DNA from: a plasmid
Sequence record: NZ_CP085281.1
DNA length: 64,000 nucleotides
Direction: 5' to 3' (one strand)
Shown: positions 58,982 to 64,000 of the stretch, in pieces
Position numbering within the stretch: position 1 is the stretch's first letter
Layout: every line of letters starts with the position of its first letter
Made by a program: the position numbers and the translations under genes
The notes under the pieces: model-generated
What the model was told of the DNA's origin: nothing
Seen by the model: only the letters and a program-made list of their open reading frames with translations
The model's database searches: none

Positions 58982-59703
58982 CGCGATTCTCCTGTCGCAC
59001 TGGTGATGTCGATGCCGTGATGCGTCGCCACGGCGGTCAGCACCGAACACGGGGACCGCACGATGCACTCGCACGACCCGATGGTGTCTTCGAACTCTCC
59101 GGCCCACGAACCAGCAATGAACGTGCACGCCCAGCACGCCACGATCGCCTCAGGGCAGTGCTTCGCTCCGACGCCGTGCGTGTCCTCGATCCCGCCGTCC
59201 CAGCAGCCCTCGCACACCACCCCAACCGGGCGATGCCGAGTGATGTGGGCCAGCAGCTCGGACACCGCACCGGGCTCCAGCCGCCCGGACACCGCGTCGT
59301 TGTGGGCGGCCAGGACCGCACGCACGATGACGGCCAACAGATCGGGATCGTGCCCGGTGTTCTCGATCAATCCCCGCTCGACTGGATCTGGTGCGTAGGA
59401 GCCGATTTCGTCTTCCACTGTGTTCAGGTGCAGAGCGACGATCCAGCCGCACCGCTCACAGCGGCGCGTACTCAAATGCGGGTTGGCGTAGTCGTAGCGA
59501 CCCCATTTACGGGCCAGCGTGACCCGTTCCCCGCACACCCCGTGCAGCTCGGCGTCACGGGCCGCTCGCCCCCTGCGCCGGCCTTCGTCGATCAGGGGCA
59601 CGGCCTCCAGCAGGTCCACCGCGTGGCGGCGATGCCGTCCGGGCCCAACGCCGAATCGGTCAGCCGGCGTCATCACCGCGGCACCGACACCGTCGGCGTT
59701 CAC
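58978..59703 (-). CDS. Cys-rich hypothetical protein.
   Basis: Candidate GTG start at 59703 overlaps the ASCH stop (GTGA). Multiple CxxC pairs (CERCGW, CEGCWDG, CWAC). Confidence 0.4.
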   Translation of the reverse strand: MNADGVGAAVMTPADRFGVGPGRHRRHAVDLLEAVPLIDEGRRRGRAARDAELHGVCGERVTLARKWGRYDYANPHLSTRRCERCGWIVALHLNTVEDEIGSYAPDPVERGLIENTGHDPDLLAVIVRAVLAAHNDAVSGRLEPGAVSELLAHITRHRPVGVVCEGCWDGGIEDTHGVGAKHCPEAIVACWACTFIAGSWAGEFEDTIGSCECIVRSPCSVLTAVATHHGIDITSATGESR

Positions 59704-60215
59704 CGCGTCACCCCGGCGCGCTCGACGACATCGACGGGCGGAATCCAGAGCCCAAGTGCGCCTGGACATGGGATGGGCTCCGCCAGCGGCGTGCGGTCTT
59801 CGAGCACCAGATGCACCACGCGCCGCCGCTGCCGCCCGCCGTGTTCGACATAGCTCGATTCCCCCCACGGCTTGCAGCAGCCGGCGTCGAGATGGCAGTC
59901 GACGAGGACCGCGGCCCCGATGACGGCCGACATGTCCAGAGCGCCGGCCAGCGAGCGCCCGTGGGCGGCCTGTTGAATCAACGGCGACTCATCGCCGCGC
60001 TGTGACCACCGCGCCCCCGCGTGGATGAGTAGCGGGCCCCGATGAGCCCACGCCTGCGAGCGGTTTTCCACGTCCTTGCCGGCCGACACAATCGCCCACG
60101 CCCACGGCTGCTGAATGGTGATCGCCCGCACGCCGAGGTCGGCGACACGGGCACCCCGCCGCGGTTGGCGCGTCGACGGCGTGGCCCCCGAGATCACGGT
60201 GGACGGGTGTGGCAT
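59700..60215 (-). CDS. ASCH (PUA-like) domain protein.
   Basis: …RAITIQQPWAWAIVSAGKDVENRSQ…GPLLIHAG…. ATG at 60215. Confidence 0.6.
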   Translation of the reverse strand: MPHPSTVISGATPSTRQPRRGARVADLGVRAITIQQPWAWAIVSAGKDVENRSQAWAHRGPLLIHAGARWSQRGDESPLIQQAAHGRSLAGALDMSAVIGAAVLVDCHLDAGCCKPWGESSYVEHGGRQRRRVVHLVLEDRTPLAEPIPCPGALGLWIPPVDVVERAGVTR

Positions 60216-60367
60216 CGGCAATCCTCTCCTGGAGTTGCTGCAGATCGTAACGCCAGATTCCGCGCACTCATGGGCTCGCTGCCTGCGAGTTTCACGGCAC
60301 AAGGGCCATTGTTTTCCACCTACGGTGACTATTTGCGGCTTGGGCTGGCCGAGTCGCACCGCCACAC

Positions 60368-60389
60368 CAGCGGCGATGCCACGTCCCCC
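60368..60389. promoter_or_regulatory. Motif copy CAGCGGCGATGCCACGTCCCCC upstream of the ASCH gene.
   Basis: Read directly. Confidence 0.45.
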
Positions 60390-60482
60390 GACTCCGACCG
60401 AACTGATCGACCGCCTGAACCGCCCGACGGCGCCCGAGGCGCTTCGTGAGTAGGGGAACGCTGAGGGACGGAGCGCGGCGGC

Positions 60483-61877
60483 CTACCGCACCGAGGTGCG
60501 GTGCAGCCGCGGATGGGTGGGATCGTCGTTGTCGATCACGAAGTCTGCGCTCTGGAGCGGGTTGATCTCGTCGATGTACATGTGCGATGCCGCGTGATAG
60601 CGCTGGGCGTATCGCTGCTCGGCCGCCGCATGTCCACCGAATTGTGCTGCGTCACGGTTGATTCCCCGTCGCAAGGCTTCATCGAAGCTGGTGTTGACGA
60701 CGACCACGACATCCCAACTGCTGCGATGGTGACGTTGCATGAAGCTGCCATCGGCGATCAGGATGCTCTCCGGAGCGGCGCGCTCGGGGGGTTCGTCGAT
60801 GACGGTGTCCGAGGCGAGGTCGATGACGCGGCGGCTGAACAGGCGATCGCCGCCGGGGCTGAGGGGCTGCAGGACGCGCTCATTGAGTGCTTCGAAGTCG
60901 TAGGCGTCGTCGTAGTAGCCCCGGGCGGAGTCTTTGCCCTGGCGGTAGCGGTGCTCACGGCGGTGGTGGAAATCGTCCATCCGGATCCGGACTACCGGGT
61001 GGCCTCGCTCGGCGATCGCCTCGGCCAGCTCGTCGGCGAGGGTCGTCTTGCCTGAGGCGGTGATGCCGTCGATGGCCACCCGCAGCGGGTGCGCGGATTG
61101 CCGTTCGATCAGCAATCCGGCCAAGCTGCGCAGCACGTCGGCGCGTGCCGCGCGGTCGTCACTGGTGGCGGCGTAGAGCAGCGAGTCCCGCCAGGTCCCG
61201 CGTTTGAGGCGATGGCTGCGCATGCGGCCTTCGAAGAGCAGGCCTGCCTTCTGCAGCACCTTCGCCGAACCGTGGTTGTCGGGATCGCATGTGGCGCTGA
61301 TTCTGCGGAGGCCCAGGTGGTCGAACCCGAACCGCAAGAGAAGGCGCGCGGCTTCGGTGGCGATCCCTCTTCCCCAGAACTCTGGATGGACGATGTAGCC
61401 GATCTCGGCTCGCCGGTGCTCGGCGCTGGTCACCGACAGCACGGCGCCGCCGACGAGCGTCTTCGATGCGATGTCGACGATCGCGAGGTCGAAGACGGTG
61501 CGAGGAGTTCGGCCCGCTTGCTCGGCCGCGCGCCGCAGGAAGCTGCGGGTGTCCTCGATGCTGTTGGGTCCCCATTCCAGGAATCGGGTGACCACGGGGT
61601 CGCAGGCGTAGGACTGCACGCCGTCCAGGTCGGCATCGTCGAACTCGCGCAGGATCAGGGTGTCGCCGACCAGTTCGGTTCCGGCATCGCTCGTATGACC
61701 ATGCGTACCCGGCACGGGCTTGCCGTCCGGGCTCTCTATGGGCGGCGGACGGTGGGCACCCGGTGACCCTGCAAGCGCTCCTTGGCGACGTCGGCCTTCT
61801 TGCTGTCCTGCAGGATCAGCCGGACTAGTTGAGCGCGAGCGTCGGCGTTGAAGGGGTCGTCGTGCAGTTCGTCGCAC
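60483..61877 (-). CDS. Bifunctional-looking protein: GNAT N-acetyltransferase (RimJ/RimL-like) fused to a P-loop kinase (uridine-kinase/AAA_18-like) domain. Start uncertain (GTG at 61877 or downstream).
   Basis: GNAT motifs …EIGYIVHPEFWGRGIATEAARLLLRFGF…. Walker A VAIDGITASGKTTLADEL. Confidence 0.65.
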   Translation of the reverse strand: MRRTARRPLQRRRSRSTSPADPAGQQEGRRRQGALAGSPGAHRPPPIESPDGKPVPGTHGHTSDAGTELVGDTLILREFDDADLDGVQSYACDPVVTRFLEWGPNSIEDTRSFLRRAAEQAGRTPRTVFDLAIVDIASKTLVGGAVLSVTSAEHRRAEIGYIVHPEFWGRGIATEAARLLLRFGFDHLGLRRISATCDPDNHGSAKVLQKAGLLFEGRMRSHRLKRGTWRDSLLYAATSDDRAARADVLRSLAGLLIERQSAHPLRVAIDGITASGKTTLADELAEAIAERGHPVVRIRMDDFHHRREHRYRQGKDSARGYYDDAYDFEALNERVLQPLSPGGDRLFSRRVIDLASDTVIDEPPERAAPESILIADGSFMQRHHRSSWDVVVVVNTSFDEALRRGINRDAAQFGGHAAAEQRYAQRYHAASHMYIDEINPLQSADFVIDNDDPTHPRLHRTSVR

Positions 61878-62214
61878 GCGATCTTCAACTCGCGGGAGTA
61901 GCTCCGGACCAGGGCGAGGTCAGAGTCGGCCGTGGGGAGGGGAATGCACGTCCCGATTGTCCTGAGGTCGCGGTGCGATGCTGCTGTCAGTGATGGGTGC
62001 GGCGACTTACTGACCATGACGTCGTTTATAGCCATAAATTTTCGACGGTGCAATGTGTACCCATGTAAATATGGCAGGCTGATTACGTGCTTGACGCCCG
62101 TCCAATCTCGCCCGGCAGACCCCGATGCAGTCCTTCTACCTGCAACGATAGCGGAACAGGACCCTGTAGTAACATCAGTACACGACCGGGCCCGACACGT
62201 GAAACGAGAGTACT

Positions 62215-62670
62215 TTGAGCGAATCGACGCCCGACACCGCACAACCCTCCGAGCTGTCGATCAAGCTCAACAAGCTCTTCGAAACCATGCGCAAACCCTC
62301 GCAGCCACCGCTGTCCAACGCCGCGGCCGCCGAGGCCATCACCCGCAAAACCGGCGTGTCCATCAGCGCGGCCTACCTCTGGCAGCTACGCCAGGGCATG
62401 AAGAACAACCCCACCGTCGCCCACCTGCGCGCGATCGCCGAATTCTTCGGCGTCACCCCCTCCTACCTGATCGACCCCGGTATCGACCCCAAGATCGACG
62501 AGCAGCTCAACCTGCTGGCTGCCCTGCGCGACGCCGGCGTGCGCGACCTCGCGATGCGGGCCAGCGGCCTCACCCCCCAAGCCATCAGCAGCCTGCGCGC
62601 TATGGTCGATCATGCGCGGCAACTCGAGCAATTGCCGCCTGTGGACGTGGCCGGGGGCAGGGAGCCGTAA
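62215..62670 (+). CDS. EspR-like XRE-family nucleoid-associated regulator.
   Basis: …LNKLFETMRKP…ISAAYLWQLRQGMKNNPTVAHLRAIAEFFGVTPSYLID…, plus a C-terminal dimerisation-like region, parallel to M. tuberculosis EspR (recalled). Putative TTG start. Confidence 0.7.
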   Translation: MSESTPDTAQPSELSIKLNKLFETMRKPSQPPLSNAAAAEAITRKTGVSISAAYLWQLRQGMKNNPTVAHLRAIAEFFGVTPSYLIDPGIDPKIDEQLNLLAALRDAGVRDLAMRASGLTPQAISSLRAMVDHARQLEQLPPVDVAGGREP

Positions 62671-63171
62671 ATGGCGATCTCGAATGAAGACATGCTCGCG
62701 ATGGCTCGCGAGCTGCCCATTCCTGTCCCCTGGGACAGGGACCTGTTCATCCAGAACATCGCCGAGATGCGCGGCCGCCCCATCACCCTGATCCCCACCG
62801 AGACCGCCGCCCTGGCCGACAGCCCCTGCGGCCTGTGGCTCACCCGCGACGACGACGACCTGATCCTGCATGAAATCGGCACCTCCGAGTACCACATCGA
62901 CCAGATCGTCTGCCACGAGATCGGCCACATGGTGCTCGGCCATGGACGCACCCGCGCCTTCGGCGCCGACCGCGACCGCGAGATTGAGATGTGCCGCCTG
63001 GTCATGCCCGACATCGACCCCGCAGCGGTCAACGCCGTCCTAGGCCGCACCGACTTCGCCAGCGACCAGGAACGCGACGCCGAGATGTTCGCCAGCATCC
63101 TGATGATCGCGGCCGCCGAACGTGCCGACCACCAGTCGATGATGCGCAGCGTGTTCTTCCGGTCGAGGTGA
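62671..63171 (+). CDS. ImmA/IrrE-family zinc metallopeptidase (COG2856-like).
   Basis: HEIGHMVLGH (HExxH). ATG immediately follows the upstream TAA (coupled). Confidence 0.8.
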   Translation: MAISNEDMLAMARELPIPVPWDRDLFIQNIAEMRGRPITLIPTETAALADSPCGLWLTRDDDDLILHEIGTSEYHIDQIVCHEIGHMVLGHGRTRAFGADRDREIEMCRLVMPDIDPAAVNAVLGRTDFASDQERDAEMFASILMIAAAERADHQSMMRSVFFRSR

Positions 63172-64000
63172 CCACCTCAGTCCCGGCCTACCTCACCTGG
63201 CCGCTACTGGTCTTCATGGTCATCGTCGTCGCCACCCGCTACCTGTTCTTCAACAGCAGCGCCTACGAGACCTACCTCAACCACACCCTCGCGCTCATGG
63301 TGGCCTCCAACCTGCTGCGCGAACACGCCATCGAAACCGCCCTCGCCGACCGCGGCATCCTGTCGATCACTGCCGCCCAACAGCTTTCACTGGCAGTCAT
63401 GATCTTCGCCGCCGCCGAGTTCCTGGGCTTCGTCACCCTCTGGTCGGCCCTGTCGCCGGAACACACGCGCCGGCGACACCGCTACCACCGCGCGGCCGCC
63501 GCCGCACTGGCCGTCGGATTCCTGCTGGCCGCCACTCCCGCCCGCCGCGCCGGCCAAACCCTCGAAGAGTTCGGCGGTTGGTCCAGCGTCCTGGCCTGGG
63601 CCCTGCTGACGAGCATCTTCATCGCCCTGGCCTACCGGCTGCTGCGCATGGCGATCAACGAACTGCTGCGACCCGACGCCAAACCCCGCGAACGCCTCCT
63701 GGCCGCCGGCGGCTTCGTCATCGGCATCGCCGTCGGCAGCACCAGCATCGACGCCGTCATCCTCTCCGCCCTCCAACAACTCGGCTGGCTCGACACCGTC
63801 GCCTTCCGCCTGAACCTGCACGGCTCCAACATCTTCTGGGAAACCGTCGGCGTCAGCATCATCGCCGCCGTCCCGGCCGCCAAGGCCCTCACCGCACGCA
63901 TCGGCCTCGACGCCACCAGCCGACACTGGCGCCAGCTGCAACCCCTACGCGCCGCCATGACCGACGCCGTTCCGGCCAGCGCATTCGAACTGCGCCACCC
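63168..64000 (+). CDS. Polytopic membrane protein, partial at the right edge.
   Basis: Candidate GTG start overlaps the ImmA stop (GTGA). Stop-free frame with very high GC3 and several hydrophobic helices. Absent from the ORF track because it runs off the window. Confidence 0.55.
   Translation, partial: MTTSVPAYLTWPLLVFMVIVVATRYLFFNSSAYETYLNHTLALMVASNLLREHAIETALADRGILSITAAQQLSLAVMIFAAAEFLGFVTLWSALSPEHTRRRHRYHRAAAAALAVGFLLAATPARRAGQTLEEFGGWSSVLAWALLTSIFIALAYRLLRMAINELLRPDAKPRERLLAAGGFVIGIAVGSTSIDAVILSALQQLGWLDTVAFRLNLHGSNIFWETVGVSIIAAVPAAKALTARIGLDATSRHWRQLQPLRAAMTDAVPASAFELRH

Noticed and set aside
61736-62242. 168-aa minus ORF between the GNAT gene and the EspR-like gene.
   Set aside because: Poor composition over most of its length. 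The 3' part overlaps the GNAT gene start region. I could not decide between it and the GTG start of the GNAT gene, so it is left unannotated.
1-64000. Check for CRISPR arrays, rRNA and tRNA.
   Set aside because: No arrays of regularly spaced short repeats and no rRNA-like or cloverleaf-like segments were recognised by eye. A tRNAscan run would be needed to exclude tRNAs near the recombinase insertion.

Overview
This is a high-GC actinobacterial (Mycobacterium-like) accessory region, most likely part of a large conjugative plasmid or genomic island. I saw no rRNA, tRNA or CRISPR. The main blocks, in order, are below.

1. A Rep-like gene with an upstream HTH gene.
2. A divergent 1558-aa N6-adenine methyltransferase/SNF2-helicase fusion.
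3. A long, translationally coupled minus-strand operon led by a WhiB regulator. It contains a ParB-like nuclease-domain protein and an accessory DnaB helicase carrying a P-loop intein.
4. A parA/parB partition pair with iteron-like repeats upstream.
5. An IS256-family (IS1081-like) insertion.
6. A complete ESX/type VII secretion locus in ESX-3/ESX-P gene order: eccA, eccB, eccC, PE, PPE, esxB-like, esxA-like, espG, an EspI-like ATPase, eccD, mycP, eccE.
7. Upstream of eccA, an ADP-ribosyltransferase-domain protein. Its N-terminal domain is paralogous to that of a neighbouring protein that ends in a WhiB-like Fe-S domain.
8. A DUF4031 + XRE pair, an alpha/beta hydrolase and a PD-(D/E)xK-like protein.
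9. A Gp37/Gp68 (DUF5131) gene split by a ~7.5 kb insertion carrying two tandem small-plus-large tyrosine-recombinase pairs and a remnant of a third.
10. An ASCH protein and a GNAT/P-loop kinase fusion.
11. An EspR-like XRE gene, an ImmA/IrrE metallopeptidase gene and a membrane-protein gene at the right edge.

A ~20-bp motif (consensus AGCGGCGATGCCACGTCCCC) recurs at least 8 times in intergenic regions and is the most notable feature not explained by the genes.
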